IMG/VR virus record: IMGVR_UViG_3300044645_002359
Location: 137,261 to 201,260 of that record
Strand: one strand, 5' to 3'
DNA length: 64,000 nt
Under the pieces are notes generated by a model that had not been told where the DNA came from, made no database searches, and saw only the letters and a list, made by a program, of their open reading frames with translations. Of the stretch, positions 47,296 to 56,299 are shown one piece after another. Position numbers and translations under genes: made by a program. Position 1 is the stretch's first letter. Each line of letters opens with the position of its first letter.

Positions 47296-47528
47296 TGAAC
47301 AACCAAATTGCAAAAGGATTCTGGAAAATCGTTGAGGATTCTCCCCCTGTAGATAAAGAGTATTTGGTTGCGTTCCCTGATAGAGCAGGGAGCTACAATC
47401 TCATAGACTGCGACATTTGGCAGTTTAAATCTGGAGAATGGCGTAGCTTGTCAGACTCTAGGTTTCTAGAGGAAGAAGTTGGCCTACCGGCTTACTACAT
47501 TGACATTCCTATGCCGAAAGCTGAGTAG
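47295..47528 (+). CDS. hypothetical protein (DUF551-like)
   Basis: W.....SPP....YLV...W......Y.....P.PK pattern. Confidence 0.5.
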   Translation: MNNQIAKGFWKIVEDSPPVDKEYLVAFPDRAGSYNLIDCDIWQFKSGEWRSLSDSRFLEEEVGLPAYYIDIPMPKAE

Positions 47529-47538
47529 TTTACGAAAG

Positions 47539-47569
47539 ACGGTAACTCCAATAATAAAAGGGTTACCGT
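47539..47569. promoter_or_regulatory. inverted repeat (operator or hairpin)
   Basis: ACGGTAAC-N15-GTTACCGT directly before ATG 47580. Confidence 0.45.
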
Positions 47570-47579
47570 TACAACCCTC

Positions 47580-48563
47580 ATGAGTGAAAGTCAACCCGCC
47601 CGCCCCAAACTCGAGTCTTACTTCAAACTTGACAGTGATCCTGCTCCTTTGGTGGTAGTTGACTTTCACGTATACTTACACGATGTGAAAAAGTGGTTCG
47701 AAGAAAAAGTTGAGGGGTCCGTCAGTAAAGAAGTAGAAGACAAATTGATAAAAGGATGTTGGGCCTTGAAGATAAATCGAGGGCCGGATATGCTGCCTAG
47801 GCACGATTACCGTATTGTTGTTGTTGCAGATAGCAGATTTTCGGATACAGGTAATTACTGGCGCGACACTTTCATGAAACGATCTGCAGACGTGCAGTCG
47901 GCTTGGTTAGCTTTTGCGGAAAAAGAGGGGAAAGATCTATCGGAAATCCCAACCCATTACAAGGGCACTCGTGGAGAGAAAACCGAGACGTTTTGGCGCA
48001 TATTCAACATAGGTTGGGACTACGTCAACAAATACTATCCGGTTTTTTCTCAAGAAGGGTTTGAAGCGGACGATGTAGCAGGGGCTATATATCGCCTGTC
48101 TCGCAATAGCCCCCCAGGTTCTGTGGTACGAGAGAGGCAGATTTTGCTTTCAACTTTAGACCGAGATTGGTCTCAATTGGTTGATGAAGACATGAATGTT
48201 TATTTCGCAAACACCCGTGTTCCCTTCCCTAACGAAAAGATTCAGGAAAGATTAGTAGGCAATATAGGGGTTATTGAACATACGAAACATAGGATGGGTT
48301 ACGACCTTGACCACCCGAAGAATTTGGCCGACTGGAAAGTTAAACATGGTGATTCATCTGACAATTTGCCACCAGGCTCTCCAAAATGTCTTTTCGACCT
48401 ATGCGAACCCCATACAGAATACACTATAGAAAGAACTGCTTCCTGGTACCCTCAGCTTGAGGAGTGTTTGAATGACCCCTCTGCCAATATAAAAACTTTT
48501 CACTTTGATCAGGCTTACAAAGAATTCGCTAAAATTAGTATTGACATACCGGTGAGGTTGTAA
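47580..48563 (+). CDS. 5'-3' exonuclease/flap endonuclease (T4 RNase H/T5 FEN-like)
   Basis: VVVDF, YKG.R, GFEADDVAG, STLDRDWSQL, GDSSDNLP. Confidence 0.85.
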   Translation: MSESQPARPKLESYFKLDSDPAPLVVVDFHVYLHDVKKWFEEKVEGSVSKEVEDKLIKGCWALKINRGPDMLPRHDYRIVVVADSRFSDTGNYWRDTFMKRSADVQSAWLAFAEKEGKDLSEIPTHYKGTRGEKTETFWRIFNIGWDYVNKYYPVFSQEGFEADDVAGAIYRLSRNSPPGSVVRERQILLSTLDRDWSQLVDEDMNVYFANTRVPFPNEKIQERLVGNIGVIEHTKHRMGYDLDHPKNLADWKVKHGDSSDNLPPGSPKCLFDLCEPHTEYTIERTASWYPQLEECLNDPSANIKTFHFDQAYKEFAKISIDIPVRL

Positions 48564-48565
48564 AG

Positions 48566-48576
48566 CGGGTAAAACT
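48566..48576 (+). promoter_or_regulatory. putative late promoter box
   Basis: CGGGTAAAACT; GGG 31 nt before ATG 48598. Confidence 0.6.
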
Positions 48577-48597
48577 AGGTAGAATGAATATGTACGG

Positions 48598-49269
48598 ATG
48601 CAATCCGACTCTGCCTACTTTGCTCAATGTAATCCGATGGCTCACCTTCTTATTGAAGTGTGTGGCGGAAATGCTGCGGCTATTCCTCAGCATTACCTTG
48701 ATAATTTCCACCATGACTTTGCTGACGGGGATATCTCTCTGGTTCCAGCACTCTCTAAGCTTGATGACGAGGTAGACTTGAGCCCAGAAGAGCTTGATGA
48801 GACCCTGGAAGCATTGCAAAAAGTCAACCCGAACCACTGGCCCGCCGTTGACGTTATAGAAAACATAGACCCACACAGGCTTCTAAATTTATCTGGGGAA
48901 TTTGAAAATCTCTCTGAAAACTTTGTTGAAGACAACCTCGGCACTGCGGAAAAAGTTGAAAGAGTTTTGAAGGGAGTGATTGAAAGTGTTTTCGGAGGTA
49001 CTGTAAACAGTATTCGAGATCCCAAGGGCGAATATCCGTCAAGTTCAAACGACTTTTTACAGGAGGATGACGGTACCTTTTCAGGAACCTTTCAACATGA
49101 AGGCCATCACTTTCGCTTTGAGATAGCTCCCACCGAGCAAGGGTGGATCTGCACTTATCGCATGGAAGAATCCTCTCTCGACAAGATTCCTCAGATTGTG
49201 AAAGATGCGAAGAGGGACAATAAAGAATCTACGAAAGTTAAAAGTGTTCGCAGTCAGGGGTGGAAGTAA
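48598..49269 (+). CDS. acidic hypothetical late protein
   Basis: 223 aa after the late box; contains an HDFAD junction like the 18-28 kb proteins. Confidence 0.55.
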   Translation: MQSDSAYFAQCNPMAHLLIEVCGGNAAAIPQHYLDNFHHDFADGDISLVPALSKLDDEVDLSPEELDETLEALQKVNPNHWPAVDVIENIDPHRLLNLSGEFENLSENFVEDNLGTAEKVERVLKGVIESVFGGTVNSIRDPKGEYPSSSNDFLQEDDGTFSGTFQHEGHHFRFEIAPTEQGWICTYRMEESSLDKIPQIVKDAKRDNKESTKVKSVRSQGWK

Positions 49270-50798
49270 TGGCTTTTTCAGGTTCAATACCTCTTGTTTC
49301 CCTGGGGTCTGGCTCTTTAAGTGGCATAGCCGGGGGGCTAATCAACAACCTAACTTCCTCGGCAATCAGTGTAGCTTTAAGCCCCAGGTTATCTGACCAG
49401 TGGGCGAATTCCTTAGGGCTAAACCCTCAGGCTCTAACAAACTTTGTAGGAACCATTGCGACTCCGGGGCTAATCTCAGCAGGTGGTCAGGCCATCTCTC
49501 AGGCGCTGACCTCTTCGATTGTAAACTCGAAAGCTCTTGGGCCTGCAGGACCCTTGGTCCAAAACTTTGTGACCGGAGCGGCTAACAATTTAACCCAGGG
49601 TTTGCTCGGAAACATTTTTCCGCCAACAACGAGTAGCCCTACGAAATTCTTCCCTGGCGCGGGGAATGAGCCTGAAGCTGATTACCAGGGGTTCACTTAT
49701 AACCTCGGAACCAACGGCCCTGACGTTGTTTTCTCTCTTAAACCCGCTACGACTGGTGCTCAAGCCGAAGTGAAAGACCAAGTCTCTGGAAACGGTCCCG
49801 GCGGTGTTTCAACGTCTATACCAGCTGGTCAGAGTGTTCCGTCATCTAGTGGCGCTCCTGCCTCTTCTATCGGGGACTATTCAAAAGCCTTTCAAAACAC
49901 TTCCAACACATTCCTGACTGACTTAAATCTTCAAGCTATCTCGGCAGGGTCAAGTAGCGGTATTCCGTTCGGTAGTCCGGACGCATTTAAGACTTTGTCT
50001 GCAGTCCCCTTGAACTTAACTTTTTCTGCAGTGGGACAACCTTTCTCTTTAGACACATCTCAAAGTTCAGTTTGGAATTTTATCTGTGCCCCAGAAGAAA
50101 TTTCGTGGTCCACTGCTGCTCAGGTTGATCGGGTTCCAATTTTCGGTACCAACTACCCACCTGTAGTGTCTGGTAGCAGGGGAATGAGAGAGCTGAGCAT
50201 GTCAAATGCCCTGGTTGAGGGGTTCACAAGAGGCAAGACCATCGAAGGGAAAATATCCGACTTAGAAAATCTACTGAACTTCTCTCTTGATACGAAAAAC
50301 GGGTATGTGAAAGTACCCGTGTACTGGATTTACGCGAACAACAAGAGATACGGGGATGTTGACGGCGGTTGTTTCATTATCAAGGAGATGAAAGTTAAAG
50401 AGGAAATGAGAGACTTGACTGGTTTGTCGACTCGTGCCAAAGTAGATATATCTTTTTCTCAGGTTCCTCCATACCAAGTCGACGACGGTAGAGACATAGC
50501 GAGCAAGACAGTGTCGGGAACGACTTCGAGTCTGGGTGCAGTTGCTAACGTTCAGAGAGAAAGACCCATAAACATAGCCCCAACCACTGGAGCTAGTGGC
50601 AGAAGGGGGAGGCAAGGTAGCAGTGTGACGGGTAGTGCTAATCAAGGTGTTTCTCCAACTGTGAAAATACTGGGGGTTCCCACAGGAGCGACTAATGTGA
50701 AAATTGATACGAATAAAAAGGGTGAATCTACGGTTAGATACATATTTAATGGGGTTGAACGTTCGAAGTTGTTACCTAGAGGCACACCACTATTTTAA
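49269..50798 (+). CDS. tail tube initiator / CIS-tube-domain protein
   Basis: FICAPEEISWST.....RVPI.GTN.P.V.SGS.G.RELS...DIS...VP.YQV resembles baseplate-proximal tube initiators. Confidence 0.55.
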   Translation: MAFSGSIPLVSLGSGSLSGIAGGLINNLTSSAISVALSPRLSDQWANSLGLNPQALTNFVGTIATPGLISAGGQAISQALTSSIVNSKALGPAGPLVQNFVTGAANNLTQGLLGNIFPPTTSSPTKFFPGAGNEPEADYQGFTYNLGTNGPDVVFSLKPATTGAQAEVKDQVSGNGPGGVSTSIPAGQSVPSSSGAPASSIGDYSKAFQNTSNTFLTDLNLQAISAGSSSGIPFGSPDAFKTLSAVPLNLTFSAVGQPFSLDTSQSSVWNFICAPEEISWSTAAQVDRVPIFGTNYPPVVSGSRGMRELSMSNALVEGFTRGKTIEGKISDLENLLNFSLDTKNGYVKVPVYWIYANNKRYGDVDGGCFIIKEMKVKEEMRDLTGLSTRAKVDISFSQVPPYQVDDGRDIASKTVSGTTSSLGAVANVQRERPINIAPTTGASGRRGRQGSSVTGSANQGVSPTVKILGVPTGATNVKIDTNKKGESTVRYIFNGVERSKLLPRGTPLF

Positions 50799-50804
50799 CC
50801 CCAC

Positions 50805-50815
50805 GGGGTAAAGTC
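50805..50815 (+). promoter_or_regulatory. putative late promoter box
   Basis: GGGGTAAAGTC; GGG 47 nt before ATG 50853. Confidence 0.55.
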
Positions 50816-50852
50816 TAATTAACACTAGGCTAGTACCGCACGAGAAACGCGA

Positions 50853-53800
50853 ATGGCGGACAATAAAACTTTTACTCTGATCGGTAAATTTGACGATCAG
50901 ATTACCAAAAAGTTAAAAAACCTGAACAAGGAGCTTGAAAAGCTAGGCAAGCCCCTTAAGAATAACAACGCCGCCGCTTCCCTTCGAGATGGGTTTAAGG
51001 CTGCTAACACAGAGCTGAAGAATTTAAGCAAGACTTTTGAAGACCTGAACTCCAGAGTAGGGTTAATTTCAAAACCTATAAATGGAGTCACAAGAAGTTT
51101 GAATGACGCAGCGTCGGCTGCAGGTAAAGTTAGAGACACAGTGTCTCAAATTGGAGAGGGGGTGAAGGGGTTAGACGGGATAACTGAGTCTCTAAGTGAA
51201 GCTGCTCGAATGGCTGGGAGAACGCAGGAGGAGGTAGCCGGGATCGGAGAAGCTGCTGGAAGAGCTACGCGGCAAGCCGAAGATTTGATGACCACTCTCC
51301 TAAAGGCTGACGCCCTAAGCAAGTTCGGGGATGCGATGGCCAGTGGATTTGAGAGAGGGATGAGAACTATGTTAGGAACCGCTCAAAAGGGGGCGGGTCT
51401 GATCTCAAAACTTTTCAAAGAGTCAATGGAGGATGAGCTAGCCGACGTGAAAGCTGCCTCCGGTATTGAAGGATCCTTTAGGCTCAAAGGCTATGAGGGG
51501 TCTTTCAAAGATTCTCAGAAGATGTATAAAAAGTACGATCAAGTTGTGTCGGAAATGATCCGGCAGTCTTCGGCACCTACAGCTAAAGTTGTTGAACTTC
51601 AGAGATATACTTTGGATACGATGGGACCCCTCATGTTGGCTGCAGAGGGGGTGGCCAAGGGTACCAAAATGAAGGACATTGACCCGAAAAAATTAGAGGC
51701 TTCTGCTAAAAACTACGGTGCCTTTCTAGAGAAAGCGGCTCTTTTCTCTCAGGGAACAGGTTCTGCGGGTTTCCGTGTAGCTGCTGGAATTGAGGGTCTA
51801 GTTACCCGAGGGAAGATCGACACAACTATTGACTTCTTCACAGACAACATCATGTTGATGAAGAACCTTGAGGAAGCAGGTTTCATGGGCCGACAAGGTG
51901 GAGGTGGAAGTGGAAAAATGATGAATGCCACTGACGCAGTTAGAATGAAGGCCATGATGGATGCCTTCAATAAATCCATGTCAAGTGAGTCTACCAAAGC
52001 AATGGCTCAGAGTTTAACGGGCTCTCTGCAAGGTCTTCAGGACACTCTCTTCAACCCTTCCGTAGGGATTCTTGGGATGGCTGTAACTTTCACCAAGGAA
52101 GAACAGAAGAAGGCGAATGATTCAATCATTAAGATACAAAATGCACGTATAGACAGATACCGTTGGGATCTGAAAAACGAGGCAGCGGATTCCCGAAGAG
52201 CTAAGCAACTTAGGGCTAATATTGAGCAAGCTCAGCTTACAAGAGACCAGCTGACGAAAGATGGAGCAGATGAGATTAGTACCCCCTTCAAGGCATTCAG
52301 CTACGCATTTTCTAACTTAGTGAGAAGTCTAACTGACGCCTTAAACTCCATAGGACCAGTTTGGACGAATTTCGCATTGGCCGCAATAGAAGTCACAAAC
52401 ACGGTGTTTGGGCCGCTATCGGGAACATTGAGTGCTGTGGCTTCTAACATGAGGTCAAAAGACCCTTCAAATAAAATGACTCAAGCTGAAGGATTTGGCA
52501 GAATTGTGGGGGAAATTTTCAAGACTGTAGGGCAAATCATGGGTGATCTTGCAAATATGATAAAAGACCCCAATAGCGCATTGGGGAAGGCTCAAAGTGA
52601 ATTTATGAAGGGTTTCATGTCTGCATTCACAGGACCTGGCTCCTTAGACGCGGCTAAGAAAGGCATAGAAAGTGGAATATCTGCCTTTGTAGGGAAACTC
52701 TTTGAGTTTATTTTCAAAGTGATAACTTATGAGCCAATCAGACCCTTAGTTTTAACCTTCATTGGTGCCATATTCGGTCCCCCCCTTATAAGTGCCGTGA
52801 TATCCTCTGCAACTCCCTTAATAGCGAGTGCCATTTTTAAGGCAGTTTCAGGTTCCTTAGTGGCCTCAACTTCAGGGTCTGTTGCGGGTGCTGGAGCAGG
52901 TGCAGCTGGCGCGGCGGCGGCGGCAGGTGCCGGGGGATTACTGGCGTCAGTCTTAGGTGTCACTGCAATAATTGCTTTATTAGTAGCAGCATTTGTTATC
53001 TTTGAAGGACCCCTGAGAGCATTAGCAGACTGGTTAACAGACACTGGCATTAAACTAACCGAAAGTAGTAACTGGGCTGCATCTGCCGCAGGGTATTTCT
53101 TAAAAGGTCTAGCTAATGTTTTAAGAGGGCTCACAGACTTTTTTACTGGAATTTGGGACATTTTAGTAGGGATGTTCACAGCTGACCAAGAGAAGATAGT
53201 CCAAGGCGTTCGGAAAATTTTCTGGGGTATTGGAGAAGTTTTAAGGGGGGTTGTACAAAGCATATTGGGAATGGGAGGAATTATCGTTGGTGCAATCGGT
53301 AATTTGTTTAACGCTATAGGTCGTATCATCGAAAGTATGATACCTGGAAATAGCGCAGCTGCTTCAGGCCAGGGCAGGAAAACTTCCGACTGGGGTTCCA
53401 GTGGAACCCCGCAGAGAAGATCAACTGCGGCGGCTCCTAAGACATCTTTAAATCTTTACGGTGGCGCAGGCCCCCAAATGACTTCTTCTTTGGGATCTTC
53501 CGTAGAAGAGTCAAGTAAAAAACTTCAGTCTTATAGCCAAGTTGTGGGCATGACTGTAAAAGAGTCTCAAAACAACTTGTCGGTTTCAAGAAGTCTCTCT
53601 CAACAACAAGCAGTAGTGACCCAAAAAATGACTGCAGCGTGGGAAAAAACGAATACAACCTCTCAAGGAAATTTATTGTCCTCTGCTACAGACTTATCAA
53701 AGTCTATCACCTCTGCATCATTCAAAATAAATCAAGCAAGTTCCTCAGTGAAGGCTAATTCTAGCCCCCTGGCTGCTCCTGCAGTTCGTGGCTTCCTGCC

Positions 53801-54602
53801 AGGGTCTTCCAACAATAAAATGTCTTTAGACGAAGCTCTCTCTTCTGAGATGCGGAATAAACCGTCCGGCTCTCATCTTGTTATTGCAAATTCAACTGAA
53901 ACAGTTATACCTGCTGCCCAAGGGTACACTCCTGCGTCTGGGGGACCTCTCCCGATGCTTGGTGCGGCACTTTCTAAGTATGTCGGACCCCTGAACAAGC
54001 TTGGTGAGATGGCCGATGGGCTCAGGAAACTTAGAGAAAGCTCCATGCTCTTCGGAGGTGGCTCCGGAAGTCTATTGGGGGCCAAGTCTCTAGCAGCAAT
54101 GTTCGGTCTCAGTTTAACTTCATTCATTCGACCCCATTCTGTTGGATCCTATCACCAAACAGGAAGGGCTATGGACTTTTCAAATAGCAGTGGTCCCACT
54201 CCTCAAATGATGGCATTTGCGAGAGAGATGATTAAGCGGTATGGCAGTTCTTTAACAGAACTTATTTACACACCGTTAGGCTTCAGTGTTAAAAATGGAA
54301 GAAAAGTAGCCCCTCTGGCAGCGGCTGGCCACTATAACCACGTTCACGTGGCTTACGCCTTAGGGCAAGGTAGCCCTGCGTTTTTCTCTAATCAAAATGA
54401 AGCTATGGCTTGGGAGCGAAAGATGATGCCTCCCTCCGCAAAAGTGGCGTCATTCACAGCGAACACCTCAGAAGGGTTCGGCCACTCAACTATTAACGCC
54501 CCAATCACGATTTATCAACAACCGAACCAAGACCCGGAAGAACTTGCTTCTATGGTAGCAATGAGAATTGGTATGGTCGTAGACGAACTCAGGAACCACT
54601 AA
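50853..54602 (+). CDS. tape measure protein with C-terminal M15-like peptidase domain
   Basis: 1249 aa helical, Ala/Gly/Leu-rich with hydrophobic repeats; YHQTGRAMD (H-x6-D) and HYNHVH. Confidence 0.75.
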   Translation: MADNKTFTLIGKFDDQITKKLKNLNKELEKLGKPLKNNNAAASLRDGFKAANTELKNLSKTFEDLNSRVGLISKPINGVTRSLNDAASAAGKVRDTVSQIGEGVKGLDGITESLSEAARMAGRTQEEVAGIGEAAGRATRQAEDLMTTLLKADALSKFGDAMASGFERGMRTMLGTAQKGAGLISKLFKESMEDELADVKAASGIEGSFRLKGYEGSFKDSQKMYKKYDQVVSEMIRQSSAPTAKVVELQRYTLDTMGPLMLAAEGVAKGTKMKDIDPKKLEASAKNYGAFLEKAALFSQGTGSAGFRVAAGIEGLVTRGKIDTTIDFFTDNIMLMKNLEEAGFMGRQGGGGSGKMMNATDAVRMKAMMDAFNKSMSSESTKAMAQSLTGSLQGLQDTLFNPSVGILGMAVTFTKEEQKKANDSIIKIQNARIDRYRWDLKNEAADSRRAKQLRANIEQAQLTRDQLTKDGADEISTPFKAFSYAFSNLVRSLTDALNSIGPVWTNFALAAIEVTNTVFGPLSGTLSAVASNMRSKDPSNKMTQAEGFGRIVGEIFKTVGQIMGDLANMIKDPNSALGKAQSEFMKGFMSAFTGPGSLDAAKKGIESGISAFVGKLFEFIFKVITYEPIRPLVLTFIGAIFGPPLISAVISSATPLIASAIFKAVSGSLVASTSGSVAGAGAGAAGAAAAAGAGGLLASVLGVTAIIALLVAAFVIFEGPLRALADWLTDTGIKLTESSNWAASAAGYFLKGLANVLRGLTDFFTGIWDILVGMFTADQEKIVQGVRKIFWGIGEVLRGVVQSILGMGGIIVGAIGNLFNAIGRIIESMIPGNSAAASGQGRKTSDWGSSGTPQRRSTAAAPKTSLNLYGGAGPQMTSSLGSSVEESSKKLQSYSQVVGMTVKESQNNLSVSRSLSQQQAVVTQKMTAAWEKTNTTSQGNLLSSATDLSKSITSASFKINQASSSVKANSSPLAAPAVRGFLPGSSNNKMSLDEALSSEMRNKPSGSHLVIANSTETVIPAAQGYTPASGGPLPMLGAALSKYVGPLNKLGEMADGLRKLRESSMLFGGGSGSLLGAKSLAAMFGLSLTSFIRPHSVGSYHQTGRAMDFSNSSGPTPQMMAFAREMIKRYGSSLTELIYTPLGFSVKNGRKVAPLAAAGHYNHVHVAYALGQGSPAFFSNQNEAMAWERKMMPPSAKVASFTANTSEGFGHSTINAPITIYQQPNQDPEELASMVAMRIGMVVDELRNH

Positions 54603-54603
54603 T

Positions 54604-56211
54604 ATGGCAAACAGCTTAATAATCCCACGCTGCGAAGTTGTCTGGGGAGACGTGAACCTCATGAATTACAACTTCGACGGTAGTACACCAGGGTTGACAA
54701 ACCAACCCCTAGTCTACGATGTAAGAGTATCTTTGCAAGATTCCGGCCAAACACCCACAGGTTCCATGCGTTGGAACCCAACCGGTGTGGCTTTCAGAGT
54801 TTATGAGAAATTGATAGAAACTGCAATCAACAAGACCATCACTGTTAGGTATTACTACCTAAACGGTCGTTCTATTACTTTCTCGTTCGTGTGGTCTGGG
54901 CAAACAGAGGTTTACGGAAAAGAGATGTCTCTTGAAGTGAAACTTGCCTCTGAACTCGACGGTCTTGTGAATGCGAACATAAAGAGCACAGCACAAGCCA
55001 GTGACCAAGGCTCTTCACCTTTAACCAACCTATCGCAGTTGAACTACACGTTCGGTGTTGATAAGTATGACCTGGTGAAAATAACGCCCCAGACACAGGA
55101 AAACTTGAAAACAACCAAAGTTCTTTCAAATTACTCAGAAGGAACCAACTATCTTGACAGTGTGAAAAACTTATTTGAGCAGACAGGCAGTATAGTTATG
55201 GCGTCTAATATTGTTTCTCCGGGGGGAACACAAAAATTGTCAGCAAACTGCGTTGTATTGGGACCCTACCTATCGGATAGTAAAACAGTAGAGGAACTTC
55301 CCGCACAGAGTCAATTCCCCGACCCATCAGTAAGGTACGGATACTTTCTCGGCCCAGGCATCATAAATACAATTACAAAAACGTCTGAATGGCAGCCACC
55401 CCAAAAAACACAAACTAGCTTAGACAGCATTCAAGCTAAGGTTCAGGCTACCGACCCTGGAACGCAGGGGCAACCTACGCCGACTACACCACAAAGCCAA
55501 CAAGCTGCCGCTGCGGCTCAGTCTCAAAACAGAAGCGGGGCTGGGAACACTGCTAATTCCCGTGCGAGGCCCGGAGTTCGATTGAAGGATAACCAAGATG
55601 GGGAAAAAAGAAAGCTAGAATTGCAGCAAGAGCGAGGGTCTAAACTAAGTGCTTCCTTATTTATGTGCCCTTCCCTCACAGGTATTAAACCAAGCGATGT
55701 TGTTTTCATTCCAAACTTCAGCGGAACTTACATAGAAGACTGGATTGTCAACGGAATTGAATACGCGCAGACTGACGGCGGTGTTGAAGTTTCCCTTCAG
55801 GCTAGCAGACAGTACGGACTGGGCAATTTGATGAACAAAAGACTCGGCGATGAATGGTTAGGAAAAGCTAAAGCCAAGAATTTGGTTGGATCTACTGGAA
55901 CTCTTGAGGGATGGCACGAATACGCTTGGGGATCACTGGGCTTCAATAAGCCGGTTGAATCCTCGCAAACGGCCGCTACAACAGGCGGTTCTCAAACGGC
56001 AGTTACAGCGGGAAATTCCCCAACAGTTTCGGATTCTTTTTCACAGTTGGCAAAACCTTTTGGAACTTCCCAAACTTTGATAACAGATAAAGCCCTTTAT
56101 GATTACTTGACTAAATACTTGAATGTGAAAGCTGTGAATGGAAGCGGAGTTATAGACCTCCCTATCGACAAAGTAAGGCAGTTAAACCAACTTCGTTTAG
56201 AGGATCGCTAA
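54604..56211 (+). CDS. baseplate hub protein (gp27/gp44/gpD-like)
   Basis: Follows the tape measure; P.L.GIKPSDVVFI....G.YI..WIV..IEY.Q..GG...SL.A C-terminal hub pattern. Confidence 0.6.
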   Translation: MANSLIIPRCEVVWGDVNLMNYNFDGSTPGLTNQPLVYDVRVSLQDSGQTPTGSMRWNPTGVAFRVYEKLIETAINKTITVRYYYLNGRSITFSFVWSGQTEVYGKEMSLEVKLASELDGLVNANIKSTAQASDQGSSPLTNLSQLNYTFGVDKYDLVKITPQTQENLKTTKVLSNYSEGTNYLDSVKNLFEQTGSIVMASNIVSPGGTQKLSANCVVLGPYLSDSKTVEELPAQSQFPDPSVRYGYFLGPGIINTITKTSEWQPPQKTQTSLDSIQAKVQATDPGTQGQPTPTTPQSQQAAAAAQSQNRSGAGNTANSRARPGVRLKDNQDGEKRKLELQQERGSKLSASLFMCPSLTGIKPSDVVFIPNFSGTYIEDWIVNGIEYAQTDGGVEVSLQASRQYGLGNLMNKRLGDEWLGKAKAKNLVGSTGTLEGWHEYAWGSLGFNKPVESSQTAATTGGSQTAVTAGNSPTVSDSFSQLAKPFGTSQTLITDKALYDYLTKYLNVKAVNGSGVIDLPIDKVRQLNQLRLEDR

Positions 56212-56212
56212 G

Positions 56213-56240
56213 TTTACCTCTCCTGGACAGAACCTATACT
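56213..56240 (+). promoter_or_regulatory. host sigma70-type promoter
   Basis: TTTACC-N16-TATACT upstream of 56300; a CTGAGC/GCTCAG hairpin (56254-56271) follows. Confidence 0.5.
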
Positions 56241-56299
56241 TGTTTTGAACGTGCTGAGCAATAGGGCTCAGAATATCGCGTTCTTAACCAGTAACAAAA

